Below are positions 1 through 9,485 of a stretch of DNA of 24,343 bases, piece after piece. The DNA is from a virus. Position numbers and translations under genes: made by a program. The notes beneath the pieces are model-generated. The model had not been told where the DNA came from. It ran no database searches and saw only the letters and a list, made by a program, of their open reading frames with translations. Location of the stretch: UHGV virus genome UHGV-0344763, one strand, 5' to 3'. How positions within the stretch are numbered: the first letter of the stretch is position 1; each line of letters opens with the position of its first letter.

Positions 1-74
1 ACACCTTTTTAAAATACAGCCCCAATAAACTGCAGAATATTATCCCATATAATATCCTGCAGTTCGTAATGCAC

Positions 75-205
75 TATTCGATAATGGGTCCTGTTGGCCA
101 TTCAATATCCGGTGCAGTTGATGTATCAACACGGTTCAGCAACACCCGATACTTTTTCCAGGCTTCCACCACCAGCACGACAAGATGCCGCATACAGTGA
201 CCCAG
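75..205 (-). pseudogene. 3-prime remnant of a tail fiber assembly (Tfa) gene, fused downstream of the truncated invertase
   Basis: Minus-strand translation after the invertase stop reads ...[30 protein letters not shown], matching the C-termini of the two intact Tfa proteins here (...[16 protein letters not shown]..., ...TDTSTAPDVIWPELPEA). Nucleotides ~97-140 are about 75-90 percent identical to ~1526-1570 (direct repeat). Confidence 0.45.
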
Positions 206-400
206 TCAGTCCAGTTTCCAGACAACCAGTGCGTCACCTTTTTGAAGGCGCTTTAAAGCACGTTTTAATCCAGGTCGGCCTGTCCTTATTCCGCTTAATT
301 TATCTTCAAATATTTGTTCACATCCTGCACAAACAAGAGCGTTTCGTTGCAGGTCTGTATTCTGGTCATTTGTTGATACACGTACATAGCCAATAAGCAT
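206..400 (-). pseudogene. Serine DNA invertase (Pin/Gin/Hin/Cin family), N-terminal ~64 codons only, ended by an in-frame TGA
   Basis: ORF 206..436 contains MLIGYVRVSTNDQNTDLQRNALVCAGCEQIFEDKLSG..RPGLKRALKRLQKGDALVVWKLD, the catalytic N-terminus of Gin/Pin-type invertases (active-site Ser in VRVST). A stop follows KLD where these invertases continue RLGRSMKHL; downstream sequence switches to Tfa-like. Confidence 0.8.
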
Positions 401-426
401 GTTAAATCCCCCTGGTAAAAGCAGGA

Positions 427-933
427 ATGATGCCATTTGCTTGTTATTTCTTCATTTTCATAAACGTTGGTTTAGGAGAAGGCTCAGCATTGCCTGTTGG
501 CGTACCTGTTCCGTGGCCCTCAGCCACTCCGCCAACAGGCTGGCTAAAATGCAATGGTGCGGCTTTTTCTGCTGAAGAATACCCGGAACTGGCAAAGGTT
601 TATCCGACAAATAAATTGCCTGATTTACGCGGTGAATTTATTCGTGGCTGGGATGACGGACGTGGAGTGGATGCCGGGCGACAATTATTATCTTCACAGG
701 GGGATGCAATAAGAAATATTGAGGGATTCGCAGATGGCGGGATCGGTATGTCTTTTGATGCAATCAGAGGGGCTTTTTACGATGCAGGAACACGATCAGC
801 GAGAATGCCGAATAACACAACTACTATAGACAAAACCGATGACCTTGGATTCGACGCCTCTCGTGTCGTGCCAACAGCTAATGAAAACCGTCCACGTAAC
901 ATCGCCTTTAATTATATTGTGAGGGCTGCATAA
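427..933 (+). CDS. Alternative tail fiber C-terminal (receptor-binding) segment, silent inverted copy
   Basis: Translation contains tail-fiber tip motifs (LPVGVPVPWPSATPPTGWLKCNGAAFSAEEYPELAKVYPT); lies opposite to the expressed fiber gene inside the putative invertible segment and lacks the constant N-terminal part. Confidence 0.7.
   Translation: MMPFACYFFIFINVGLGEGSALPVGVPVPWPSATPPTGWLKCNGAAFSAEEYPELAKVYPTNKLPDLRGEFIRGWDDGRGVDAGRQLLSSQGDAIRNIEGFADGGIGMSFDAIRGAFYDAGTRSARMPNNTTTIDKTDDLGFDASRVVPTANENRPRNIAFNYIVRAA
455..482. promoter_or_regulatory. Candidate invertase crossover site (gix/hix-like), left
   Basis: ttcataaacgttggtttaggagaa matches the reverse complement of the site at ~2286-2311 in 18 of 20 core positions (aaacNttggtttNggagaag); the AAACC..GGTTT core resembles hix/gix half-sites. 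Confidence 0.55.
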
Positions 934-1526
934 TGAAACCTGTTTTTGATGAAAATGGGCTGGCTACAGTGCCGGGTGATATGCGTTGTTTTTATTATGA
1001 TGCAGTAACGTCTGAATATACGGGCTGGTCTGATGAATATATTAATACTGGCGTAAGTATGCCCGCCTGTTCCACTGGTATTGACCCGGGCGAATACATT
1101 CCGGGGAAAGTGGCAGTATTTACGGGTAAGGGATGGAGCCATGAAGAAGACCACCGCAATGAGACTGTTTACTCAACCGAAAATGGCGCAGCTGTTACAG
1201 TGGATTATATCGGTGCCATCAAAAACGGTTATGTCACGCTTTCACCGTTAACGCCATATGATAAATGGGATGGTGAGAAATGGGTGACAGATACTGAGGC
1301 ACAGCATAACGCCGCAGTAGAAGCAGCAGAAGCACAGCGCCAGTCACTGATTGATGCTGCAATGGCTTCCATCAGCCTGATTCAGCTGAAATTACAGGCC
1401 GGGCGGAAGCTGACGCAGGCAGAAACCACCCGGCTTAACGCCGTGCTTGATTACATTGACGCGGTGACGGCAACAGACACGAGCACCGCGCCGGATGTCA
1501 TCTGGCCTGAACTGCCGGAGGCGTAG
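933..1526 (+). CDS. Tail fiber assembly protein (Tfa), silent inverted copy
   Basis: 197 aa; C-terminal conserved Tfa motif DYIDAVTATDTSTAPDVIWPELPEA; start overlaps the stop of the upstream fiber segment. Confidence 0.8.
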   Translation: MKPVFDENGLATVPGDMRCFYYDAVTSEYTGWSDEYINTGVSMPACSTGIDPGEYIPGKVAVFTGKGWSHEEDHRNETVYSTENGAAVTVDYIGAIKNGYVTLSPLTPYDKWDGEKWVTDTEAQHNAAVEAAEAQRQSLIDAAMASISLIQLKLQAGRKLTQAETTRLNAVLDYIDAVTATDTSTAPDVIWPELPEA

Positions 1527-1938
1527 GCCATTCAATATCTGGAGCACCGGAAGTATCGACCAGTTCCAGTGCGTCCAGATAATCCAGCCACAAATTATAT
1601 TGCGCCAGTTCCTCACCTTTCAGACGACCAATAGCTGCTTTACCAGGCCATTGCTTACTGTTTATGTATGCGTTGGCCTTATTAATCAATTGCTGCTTTT
1701 GCAATTCCGCTGCTGCAATCTGTTCTTCATGTGTTGGTGGTGGAATATCAATCCATGCTGGCATTCCGTCGATGACACCTCTGTATTTTCCTTCTGGTAC
1801 TTCCTTCATAAATTCAGCGGCAACAGTGTCGTCAATTTCGATTCCATCATCAGGCCATTTCCCCGCTTCCTGATAAGCAATTTTAAGCTCCACAGGGAAA
1901 AACGCATTTTTATCAGCACTGAAAATATATTTCTGCAT
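1498..1938 (-). CDS. Tail fiber assembly protein (Tfa), expressed orientation
   Basis: 146 aa; C-terminal ...[26 protein letters not shown]; immediately downstream of the fiber gene; its 3-prime end converges on and overlaps the plus-strand tfa. Confidence 0.85.
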   Translation of the reverse strand: MQKYIFSADKNAFFPVELKIAYQEAGKWPDDGIEIDDTVAAEFMKEVPEGKYRGVIDGMPAWIDIPPPTHEEQIAAAELQKQQLINKANAYINSKQWPGKAAIGRLKGEELAQYNLWLDYLDALELVDTSGAPDIEWPTPPAVQAR

Positions 1939-1940
1939 TT

Positions 1941-2588
1941 CTACCGTCCTATCGAAATATAACTGAATCTGTATTGTTGAGAGATATCACTGATTGCCAC
2001 GCGCCACGCTGAATTACTGATATGTTCAAAATTTACAGATAAAACCAGCGGTGCAGGATTCGACGGTTCTGACTGAACGGCATCAGACATGACACTGACT
2101 GAAACAAGCGGTTGATTAGGGAATGGTATAGGGAAGTGTCCACTGATAATGCGGGTCGTGTTCCCTGAAAAAGTGCCAAACTGAACAATATATCCACCTG
2201 GTAGCCTGAACCATCCCGAACCAGAAGCGAATGCTCCCATATCCGGTATCTGATTATCTCCTGTGCCCACATCCCTTTTCGCCGCTTCTCCCAAACCAAG
2301 GTTTTCGAGAGCCGTTTTCACCGTGCCATCCGATTTGATATCGCCAAACGGATTCTTGCGGCTTAACAGCAGCGCACGAAGCGCGGTAAGCAGCTGGTCA
2401 TGCCGCCCCTTCTCCAGGCTGGCACCGGATGCCTCCACCACGCTGCAGAGTTCTTCCTGCAACATATCAAAGTAGTCATCATCCAGATCGGTGGCAGGCG
2501 TGCCGGTCTGGGGGTTACCACGGGTAAAACCGTTCTTACCCGCGCCGAACTTATCCTTCTGCGCGGTTTTCGTGTCTATGCGATGCAT
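1941..2588 (-). CDS. Tail fiber protein (short, e14/Mu-S-like), with a constant N-terminal part of ~92 codons joined to a variable C-terminal segment
   Basis: 215 aa; last gene of the baseplate operon; putative crossover site at codon ~92; C-terminal part shows fiber-tip composition (G/S/N-rich). Confidence 0.8.
   Translation of the reverse strand: MHRIDTKTAQKDKFGAGKNGFTRGNPQTGTPATDLDDDYFDMLQEELCSVVEASGASLEKGRHDQLLTALRALLLSRKNPFGDIKSDGTVKTALENLGLGEAAKRDVGTGDNQIPDMGAFASGSGWFRLPGGYIVQFGTFSGNTTRIISGHFPIPFPNQPLVSVSVMSDAVQSEPSNPAPLVLSVNFEHISNSAWRVAISDISQQYRFSYISIGR
2284..2311. promoter_or_regulatory. Candidate invertase crossover site (gix/hix-like), right, inside the fiber gene
   Basis: ttctcccaaaccaaggttttcgagag resembles hixL-type sites (TTCTTGAAAACCAAGGTTTTTGATAA, from memory) and is an inverted repeat of the site at ~457-480. 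Confidence 0.55.
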
Positions 2589-2591
2589 GGA

Positions 2592-3176
2592 TTACTCCGG
2601 ATATTTAAAAATTACGTAGGTATGCGACGGGCAGAGTTTGTTAAGCACACACTCGACAACGGTGTCGCCCCAGATACGCAGTGCGGAATCACAGGGATCG
2701 CCACATGTCATCCAGGTGGTGTTGGTGGCGGCTGGCATGTTGACCTGCCAGTAATACCGCCATTCCGGCGCATTCACCGCGTCAGTACAGGCCGATGAGC
2801 AGGTGAACGTGCTTTTGTCGTATCGAGTGATGGTGGCGTCTGGTCTGCCCAGGGCAGCAAGCTGTGCAAGGTAAAAATCCTCATTGATGCCGCCCGCCAG
2901 GTTAACCTTCGCATCCAGTCGTTGCTGACGCTGGCGAAGGGTCTGTGTCCCTGCGGGAATACATTCATCCGGCAGGCCGCACAGACGCTCCCAGCGATTT
3001 ATCAGTTCGGTGGTGGTGCGCGGATCCAGCTCCCGCATCAGGGCATCCGCACGCTGATGAACGCGGGTTAATGACGGTGCCGCACCGGCAATCGCCGGAT
3101 CGCTGGCTGACCACGCCGGACCGGGGGGCAACAGTGCCGACAACAGACGGATGTAATCATCGTTTGTCACGTCCAT
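2592..3176 (-). CDS. Tail/baseplate protein, Mu gp48-like (YmfQ/DUF2313-type)
   Basis: 194 aa, between baseplate J-like protein and tail fiber; family assignment by position and recollection of e14/Mu-like modules. Confidence 0.7.
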   Translation of the reverse strand: MDVTNDDYIRLLSALLPPGPAWSASDPAIAGAAPSLTRVHQRADALMRELDPRTTTELINRWERLCGLPDECIPAGTQTLRQRQQRLDAKVNLAGGINEDFYLAQLAALGRPDATITRYDKSTFTCSSACTDAVNAPEWRYYWQVNMPAATNTTWMTCGDPCDSALRIWGDTVVECVLNKLCPSHTYVIFKYPE

Positions 3177-4225
3177 GAAATCGTCCCCAGTACCGCCAGT
3201 TCATTTTTTGCAATGGAGATATTGTCTGCCGGTGCAAGCAACTGATGGCTGTATTCCCCGTTCGCACCGGAAATCGCCTCACTGATACGCGACACCTTCA
3301 GTTCTCCCTGCGGATAACCATCACGCAGCAGGAACGAACGCAACTCTGCGGTGATGGCAGCCCGTATTTCCGGTGTGTCCGGTGTCACGCGGATATGAAA
3401 ATCCACTTTATGCGCCACCGGCCTGAATACATACAAATCAGAGCCTGCCACCGGGGCCAGTGGCCCGATATGTTGTCTTGCTGCCGTTTCCGTTGATTCT
3501 TCCGGAATGGGATTAATCAGGTCACTGCCGGCAATCATCACACCGACAGTCCCCGTTCCCATCCAGTGGCGGTATGTCCATGCACGGGTAATGCCGGGCA
3601 CTTCTTTAGCCCAGACAACATAGTCCCCGTCAGCCCCGCCCTGAGGCGTCCAGTAATACCGCTCAATGACGCGGGCGCGCCACGTTTCCAGATCTTCAGT
3701 ATCGAATCCGCCAGTCAGGGTATCTGCAACACCGGAAGACGGCAGACCATTCACCGGCGTGACCAGGATTAATGCCGTACCGTCGTCAGCGTTACCGACC
3801 GCGCCTGCACTTGAGCAGGCGATCGGCACGCGCAGGACACCACCGGAGCTGGTTGCATCAGCAGTTGCCGTGTACTGAACCAGGTCATCGCGCTGAATAA
3901 CACTCCCGGCGGTCACCTTCAGGCCATCGCTGACACCTTCCCAGCGCATATACCCGCTGGCAGTCGTGGCCCCCTTGCGCGGACACCGTTTCATCGCAGC
4001 ATGTCGCGCCAGCCAGGACTCATCGCACAGGTCAGGCAGCATGTTCATTGCCAGATAATCGATGTAACCGTAAACCGTATGCAGCGCCGCCGCATACACC
4101 TTTGCCCGCACGTCTTCATCCATGCGCCGGAGCGTGTCGCTGACGTCCAGCCTGGCGAATAAATCGTTACGGAGCATACTGATATTTTCTGCCAGCGTCG
4201 GGCGCTGAAATTCACTGTCCGCCAT
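3167..4225 (-). CDS. Baseplate J-like protein (Mu gp47-like)
   Basis: 352 aa; position in baseplate operon and size typical of baseplate J/gp47. Confidence 0.75.
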   Translation of the reverse strand: MADSEFQRPTLAENISMLRNDLFARLDVSDTLRRMDEDVRAKVYAAALHTVYGYIDYLAMNMLPDLCDESWLARHAAMKRCPRKGATTASGYMRWEGVSDGLKVTAGSVIQRDDLVQYTATADATSSGGVLRVPIACSSAGAVGNADDGTALILVTPVNGLPSSGVADTLTGGFDTEDLETWRARVIERYYWTPQGGADGDYVVWAKEVPGITRAWTYRHWMGTGTVGVMIAGSDLINPIPEESTETAARQHIGPLAPVAGSDLYVFRPVAHKVDFHIRVTPDTPEIRAAITAELRSFLLRDGYPQGELKVSRISEAISGANGEYSHQLLAPADNISIAKNELAVLGTISWT

Positions 4226-4640
4226 GCGTTATCGCACTCCACAGATCATCAAAAGAAATCATTACCGGTCCGTCACGACGCCAGAGGGCGATACTGTTAC
4301 CCAGCTCATTAATCCCGGTGCGGCGGATATCCAGATCAATACGGGACACCACGCCGTCATCAATCATCCATTGCAGGCATTCGCGGATATACCCCCTTAC
4401 TGTCTGCACCAGCTGATTGGTCAGTTTGCTGCGCTGAAGCAGCCACAGTCGGGAGCCGTAACGGTCATTCTGTACCGCAGGCCAGGTATCCCCCCACCAT
4501 CCCATCGGGACGTCGGCGTTGTCATCAGGCTCCGCCCGCCGCCAGGTAAACAGGGAAATCACCACGGCGCGGGTCAGCGGATCCAGCGGTGCGCTGGCGC
4601 AGGTGCGTTTACCGTTCACCGTCAGCCACAGTTCCATCAT
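4212..4640 (-). CDS. Baseplate protein, Mu gp46-like
   Basis: 142 aa; operon position between spike protein and baseplate J. Confidence 0.65.
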   Translation of the reverse strand: MMELWLTVNGKRTCASAPLDPLTRAVVISLFTWRRAEPDDNADVPMGWWGDTWPAVQNDRYGSRLWLLQRSKLTNQLVQTVRGYIRECLQWMIDDGVVSRIDLDIRRTGINELGNSIALWRRDGPVMISFDDLWSAITHGGQ

Positions 4641-5185
4641 GCCTCCATCGCTTTATCCGGTTTGTCGGTGTTACTGCCCTGACCGTTCTCTCTGTGACGA
4701 TGCCCGTTATAGGCAAGCCGCATCGCTGACATGGTAGTGCCGCTGGAGTCGCACAGGTCTTTCACCTGTCCTGTCACTTCCAGGTCCATTTCAAAACGTG
4801 CTTTAGGTGAATTGCGAAACGTGATCGTTTTACCTGCACCGTCCACCACGATCCCCTCCCGGGTCAGCGTCACGGACTGCCCCTGATCGTCATAGACAGC
4901 CACCTCACCCGTCTGCAGCCCTTTCAGGCGGTAGCGCCGGTCCGACACCGTAACAACCACCGCATGAGAACGGTCGCCATCCGGAAACAACACCACCGCT
5001 TCCGCACCGCTGTTTGCCCTTGCGGTAAAACCGTAGGGTTCAAGATGTTCAACCCCGGCTTTGGGTTCACCGGCAATCAGGGACACATCCACGGTCTGAC
5101 ATTTCGTGGCGGCACTGATACTTTTCACCACTGCCCGCCCAATCAGGCCGAGGAGTTGTCGCTGCATGGCTTCAATCGACCTCAT
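4637..5185 (-). CDS. Baseplate assembly/spike protein V (Mu gp45-like)
   Basis: 182 aa; gpV-like N-terminal beta-rich region; 4-nt overlap with neighbours. Confidence 0.75.
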   Translation of the reverse strand: MRSIEAMQRQLLGLIGRAVVKSISAATKCQTVDVSLIAGEPKAGVEHLEPYGFTARANSGAEAVVLFPDGDRSHAVVVTVSDRRYRLKGLQTGEVAVYDDQGQSVTLTREGIVVDGAGKTITFRNSPKARFEMDLEVTGQVKDLCDSSGTTMSAMRLAYNGHRHRENGQGSNTDKPDKAMEA

Positions 5186-6264
5186 CAGAACGGGTCCTCC
5201 TGTACTCTGGCTTTTTTCTTTTTCCGCGCGCCGGGGGCTTCGGGTTCAGGCAGATAAGCATCAGGTGGGCCGACACGGATTTCCGTCAGGGTGCCGTTCT
5301 GGTCCTGAGTAAACGTGACTTCCGAGACAAGCAGTTCGGTATTGTCGAAACCACAGACCGGATCGAAGACAATCACCCGCTGGTTGGGCTGCCACAGCGT
5401 ACCGTTACCCTGTCGCCAGCCCTGCACCACATAGGTGGTTTCATCCGTCCGCGCCGCCCGTTGTCGGGCTTCAAAGTCAGCACGCGCAATACAGCCTGCC
5501 CCCGTAGCCTGCCCTGTCTGCCTGATATACATCGGACGGTAACGGGCAATAAATGCGTCCTCTGTGCGGGCCCGTAGCGCGGTGGTGGTGGCCTCACCGA
5601 AATCATCGTCGTTTCCGGCACGCTGCCCCGCCACCTGGTAAACAGAAAACCGCTCCCGGATACTCTTCTCCGTATCGCAGGAAAGGATGTTTTCCCCAAG
5701 TACCAGCGCGGTATGTGCCCGCGTTGAGCCAATACCGCCAATCACCAGCCTGCCGTGCGTGTCGTCATAAGCCAGCGCCTGCTGCTGACCGAGTATTTTG
5801 TTAATCACCTCGATCACCGTTTCACCGTGATCAGGCTGGACATCAGGAATAACACCCGACGGCGCACCGCTGTTCACCACCTCAATGCCGAAGGGCGCAG
5901 CAAGCGCCTGCGCAATCTGTACCAGTGATCGTCCGTTAAACTGTGTCGGTTCGGCTGCACAGTCAATCAGGTCAGCGGTCAGACTGCGTCCGGCAATACC
6001 GGTGCTGACCGAACGGGCATCGTAACGAACGGGCGTCGCCTCCACCCAGCCGGTGATCACCAGCTCATCACCAATCAGCACCTCCACTTTTGAACCGTTT
6101 TTAATGCGCGGCTGAAGCGTGGTGATACCCTCATCACCCGGCCACTGGCGGGTGATCTCCACACTGAAATCCCGCGCCAGCCGTTCAATACCGGCACCGA
6201 TGCGCACCGATGTCCAGCCATTCCACTCCCGGCCATTTACCCGTAGCGTGACATTGTCGTTCAT
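5185..6264 (-). CDS. Baseplate hub / tail protein, Mu gpP-like (late control D family)
   Basis: 359 aa; follows the DNA circulation protein as in Mu-like tails. Confidence 0.75.
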   Translation of the reverse strand: MNDNVTLRVNGREWNGWTSVRIGAGIERLARDFSVEITRQWPGDEGITTLQPRIKNGSKVEVLIGDELVITGWVEATPVRYDARSVSTGIAGRSLTADLIDCAAEPTQFNGRSLVQIAQALAAPFGIEVVNSGAPSGVIPDVQPDHGETVIEVINKILGQQQALAYDDTHGRLVIGGIGSTRAHTALVLGENILSCDTEKSIRERFSVYQVAGQRAGNDDDFGEATTTALRARTEDAFIARYRPMYIRQTGQATGAGCIARADFEARQRAARTDETTYVVQGWRQGNGTLWQPNQRVIVFDPVCGFDNTELLVSEVTFTQDQNGTLTEIRVGPPDAYLPEPEAPGARKKKKARVQEDPF

Positions 6265-7631
6265 TGCACTGGCACCTTCAGAGGGATCACCGGCACAAAG
6301 CCGGGATGCGTAATGGCATTACGCCGGATAATGTCCGCGTCACGCGCCGCGTTATCAAACCAGGTCGCCGCCAGCACCAGCGCGGGTAAAACCTCATCCG
6401 GTGTGCGCTGAATGATCCGAGCAGACTGTTCAAGGCGCGTGTTGATATCCGCATTCAGATCTGCTTTCACCCGGCGCAGCGCCAGAAACAGCGCATCGCT
6501 GGTTGTACGGGACAACTCCTTATCAATTGCCGTATTCAGTGTGTCGCGAATGTCGGTCAGTTCTTCCCACGTTGGCAGGTCAACCGTATTTTTCACCGCC
6601 GGTGCATTGTTCAGTGCCGGATGCGTGACGGAAGGCCAGCCGGAGCTCTGCGCGAGTGTTGTTGACTGCCCCACTGCGGCATTCTGCATCACCGCAGAAG
6701 TTGTTGGCGCAGGCAATCGGGTGACGGCATACGCCGCTTCGCTGATTGCAGTCGTACGAAGGGTGCTGGCAACCACGTTACGCTGCTGCGTCGCCGTGGC
6801 GGTGGTTTTACTGTCCGTTTTCCAGACGCCGCGCGGTTGCAGATCGCTGCCAAGGCTGACACCAGAAAGCGTTTTGATCATGGTGACCAGGTCGCTGGCG
6901 TTACCGTAAAGGCGTTTCCCGGTACGCCACATTTTCTGCACCTGCTCAACGAAATTTTTGCCTGACGATGGCGGCGGCAGAAGTACCGAGATATCCCCCT
7001 GCAACAGCCTGGCGGCATCCGATACGGCAGAATCCACCACTTTCATCGCATCAGAAACATACCCAAGCATTGTGCTGACATTACCGACGACGTCGTTCTG
7101 CACAAAATCCGCCACGCCATCGATACTGAAACCGCTGAAGCTGTCACTGATGCAGTCATCCAGTGCAGAACAGGATGACATCAGCGTCTGCGCCGTCGCC
7201 GCACCTGATGTGGGGTAAGAGAGTTCTCCTGCTTCGACAAACTTCAGGTCAAAACGGACAATACGCCCTTCACTCTTCGATGTGCTGACCCGAACTTCCC
7301 CGTCAACACAGACTTTCAGCTCACCGTAAGTCGGATGGACAAGCGTGCCGGGACCGGGTTTATTCAGCGCGTCAATCAGGCGATCGCGCTGGTCAAAGCA
7401 GTCATCTCCCACCACATAAGCCGTGATGGACGGGCGGAAAGTGATTTTCCCCAGGTCCTCGGTATAGGGTTTGTCGCGGTTCGGGTATTCGTGCGTTTCC
7501 ACACGACGGCCGGTTCCCGCACTTTCTTCTTCAACCTTAAACGGCACACCGCGAAATGACGCGTCCTGAAGTCTGTCTTTCCACGTCATATAAACTCCGT
7601 ACATAAAAAATCCCACCGGAGTGGGACTCAT
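6261..7631 (-). CDS. DNA circulation protein (Mu gpN-like)
   Basis: 456 aa directly downstream of the tape measure gene; N-terminal region typical of the Mu N family. Confidence 0.75.
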   Translation of the reverse strand: MSPTPVGFFMYGVYMTWKDRLQDASFRGVPFKVEEESAGTGRRVETHEYPNRDKPYTEDLGKITFRPSITAYVVGDDCFDQRDRLIDALNKPGPGTLVHPTYGELKVCVDGEVRVSTSKSEGRIVRFDLKFVEAGELSYPTSGAATAQTLMSSCSALDDCISDSFSGFSIDGVADFVQNDVVGNVSTMLGYVSDAMKVVDSAVSDAARLLQGDISVLLPPPSSGKNFVEQVQKMWRTGKRLYGNASDLVTMIKTLSGVSLGSDLQPRGVWKTDSKTTATATQQRNVVASTLRTTAISEAAYAVTRLPAPTTSAVMQNAAVGQSTTLAQSSGWPSVTHPALNNAPAVKNTVDLPTWEELTDIRDTLNTAIDKELSRTTSDALFLALRRVKADLNADINTRLEQSARIIQRTPDEVLPALVLAATWFDNAARDADIIRRNAITHPGFVPVIPLKVPVQ

Positions 7632-7649
7632 TAACAGATTAATTTTTCA

Positions 7650-9485
7650 TTACCTGCCAAAGCGCGTATAGCCAACATCATGGCTGACATCAAAACCGCT
7701 GGATCGCGTTTCCATAACCCGCATACCCGGAGGCGAATTCACAAAAGAGACCTTGATCTCACCATCAACTTTTGGCGCAGAAGCTTTGTTAATCATGAAG
7801 GGATTCGGGCCTGTGGCACCGGAGGCGTTGTTTGACTGAGCCGGATCTACCGCCGGATAAGGTGTGTATCCCCGCGCCGGTATTCCCGCCCCATAAGCAT
7901 CATAAGCACCCGCGCCCCACTGCGCAGAGTTAATGGCATCGACCGTGTCACCGGAACTGTCGGTAAACCACTCAATAATTGGCTTCAGCTTGTCCCACAT
8001 ATCCTGAAACCACTTAACAACCGGCCCCCAGTTATTGATCACCATCCCCAGCGGCGACCAGGCAAAAACTTTCTTAAGGAGTTCCCAGCCAGCCTCAAAA
8101 TAAGGACCAATGGTTTCCCAGAGTTTCTTAAAATAAGGTCCGACAACATCCCAGTTAGTGATAATTAATCCCGCAGCCAGGGCTATCGCCGTCGCAATCA
8201 TGCCAATCGGCGTCATCGACATGATCCTGCTGACAATACTGATGGCACCGCCAACGCCCATCAATCCCAGTTTCAGAATCGCAAGACCGGCAGCAAGCCC
8301 GACGACGCCGCGAATAACCCGGGGATTTTCATCCGCAAACTTCGTGAATTTCTCCCCCACCTCCCCCAGCCATTGCGTGATATTTTTAGCGTCACCAGAA
8401 AATGCGCCGCCAATAGCCGCAAGGCCGTTAGTTGCGGTCCCTGTCATTGCCTCCCACAGGTTGGACAGCGTACCAAGCTGTGCCTGAACACGTTTATTCA
8501 GGCTGGCCTGTTTATTCATCTTCTGCTGGATCTGATCGTAGCCATCCTTTCCTTTATCGATCAGCGCATTGACCACCTGAAGGGTTTCGGCATCATCACC
8601 AAATATTGCCTTAAGTACACCAGTTCGTTTAACGTCGGTCAGTTTTCGCAGCTTTGCCAGTTGCCTGAACATGTTATCAAGACCGCCAAAACTCCCTTTG
8701 CCGTCAGTAAAATCGAGCTGTACCCCGAGTTTCTGGCGGGCCATGATTTTATTGACGTCCCTGATTTTCTTAACGCTTAATCCGGACTGGATAACTTTTC
8801 GCAGGGCGTTACCTGCCGACTCCCCGTTCATCCCCATCTGATCCATCATGACGCTGATGGGGGCAAGGCTCTGTGCAGCCTGAAGACCGTCCTTGTTCAC
8901 CATCTTCAGAACAGAACTGGTTTTAGTGAAGAAGGACAACATGTTGGTATCGTCAACGCCCAGATAAAACGCCTTCTGGATAGTGTCGAACAGCCCCATC
9001 ATGTCTTCTGACGCCGTTCCGGTAGCATCCTGCATCTTTGCGGCAAACTCGGCAGCCGCTTCCGGTGTTTTTTTCAGTTGTACCGCAAGATAAGCTGTCG
9101 CTTTACCCACACCGCCAAGAATGTTTTCTGCCGGGATCCCCTGACGCACCAGCATCTGCATCATGTTCTGAAAATCAGCCGTTGTACCGGGTAGCTGGTT
9201 ACCCAGACCAATAGCCAGTTTATTGATGTCCTGAAAGCTCTTTCCGACCTCACCGTTCGCATCCATCATGGCAACTTTCAGCCCGGTGGCGGCGTTTTCC
9301 TGATCGGCATAAGATTTCAGGGAAAGCGTCAGACCCGCTGCCAGTCCGCCACCAAGCGCCAGCCCACCCTGTGACGCTTCTTCCGCCTGGCGTTTAAATC
9401 CCCGGATTTTCTTTTGCATTTTCGACAGCGCGGGAGAAAGCCTGTCGACACCGGTGATCAACGCCTTAAGCTCAAATTCAGCCAT
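7650..9485 (-). CDS. Tail tape measure protein
   Basis: 611 aa, Ala/Gly/Leu-rich with predicted helical and hydrophobic segments; follows the frameshifted chaperone pair. Confidence 0.85.
   Translation of the reverse strand: MAEFELKALITGVDRLSPALSKMQKKIRGFKRQAEEASQGGLALGGGLAAGLTLSLKSYADQENAATGLKVAMMDANGEVGKSFQDINKLAIGLGNQLPGTTADFQNMMQMLVRQGIPAENILGGVGKATAYLAVQLKKTPEAAAEFAAKMQDATGTASEDMMGLFDTIQKAFYLGVDDTNMLSFFTKTSSVLKMVNKDGLQAAQSLAPISVMMDQMGMNGESAGNALRKVIQSGLSVKKIRDVNKIMARQKLGVQLDFTDGKGSFGGLDNMFRQLAKLRKLTDVKRTGVLKAIFGDDAETLQVVNALIDKGKDGYDQIQQKMNKQASLNKRVQAQLGTLSNLWEAMTGTATNGLAAIGGAFSGDAKNITQWLGEVGEKFTKFADENPRVIRGVVGLAAGLAILKLGLMGVGGAISIVSRIMSMTPIGMIATAIALAAGLIITNWDVVGPYFKKLWETIGPYFEAGWELLKKVFAWSPLGMVINNWGPVVKWFQDMWDKLKPIIEWFTDSSGDTVDAINSAQWGAGAYDAYGAGIPARGYTPYPAVDPAQSNNASGATGPNPFMINKASAPKVDGEIKVSFVNSPPGMRVMETRSSGFDVSHDVGYTRFGR

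Noticed and set aside
94-396. Plus-strand 100-aa ORF
   Set aside because: Antisense to the invertase fragment and the Tfa remnant; no ribosome-binding site or recognisable protein features. A shadow ORF.
206-436. Treating the invertase ORF as an intact gene truncated only by the window edge
   Set aside because: An in-frame TGA occurs at codon ~65 (where homologues have Arg) well inside the window, and the downstream sequence becomes Tfa-like.
2263-2798. Plus-strand ORFs 2263..2475 and 2400..2798
   Set aside because: Lie antisense within the tail fibre and gp48-like genes; Arg/Gly-rich shadow frames of GC-rich coding sequence.
4224-7559. Multiple plus-strand ORFs across the baseplate and DNA-circulation genes (e.g. 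4224..4682, 6412..6909, 6958..7218)
   Set aside because: All are antisense to long, tightly packed minus-strand phage genes and have low-complexity compositions typical of shadow frames.
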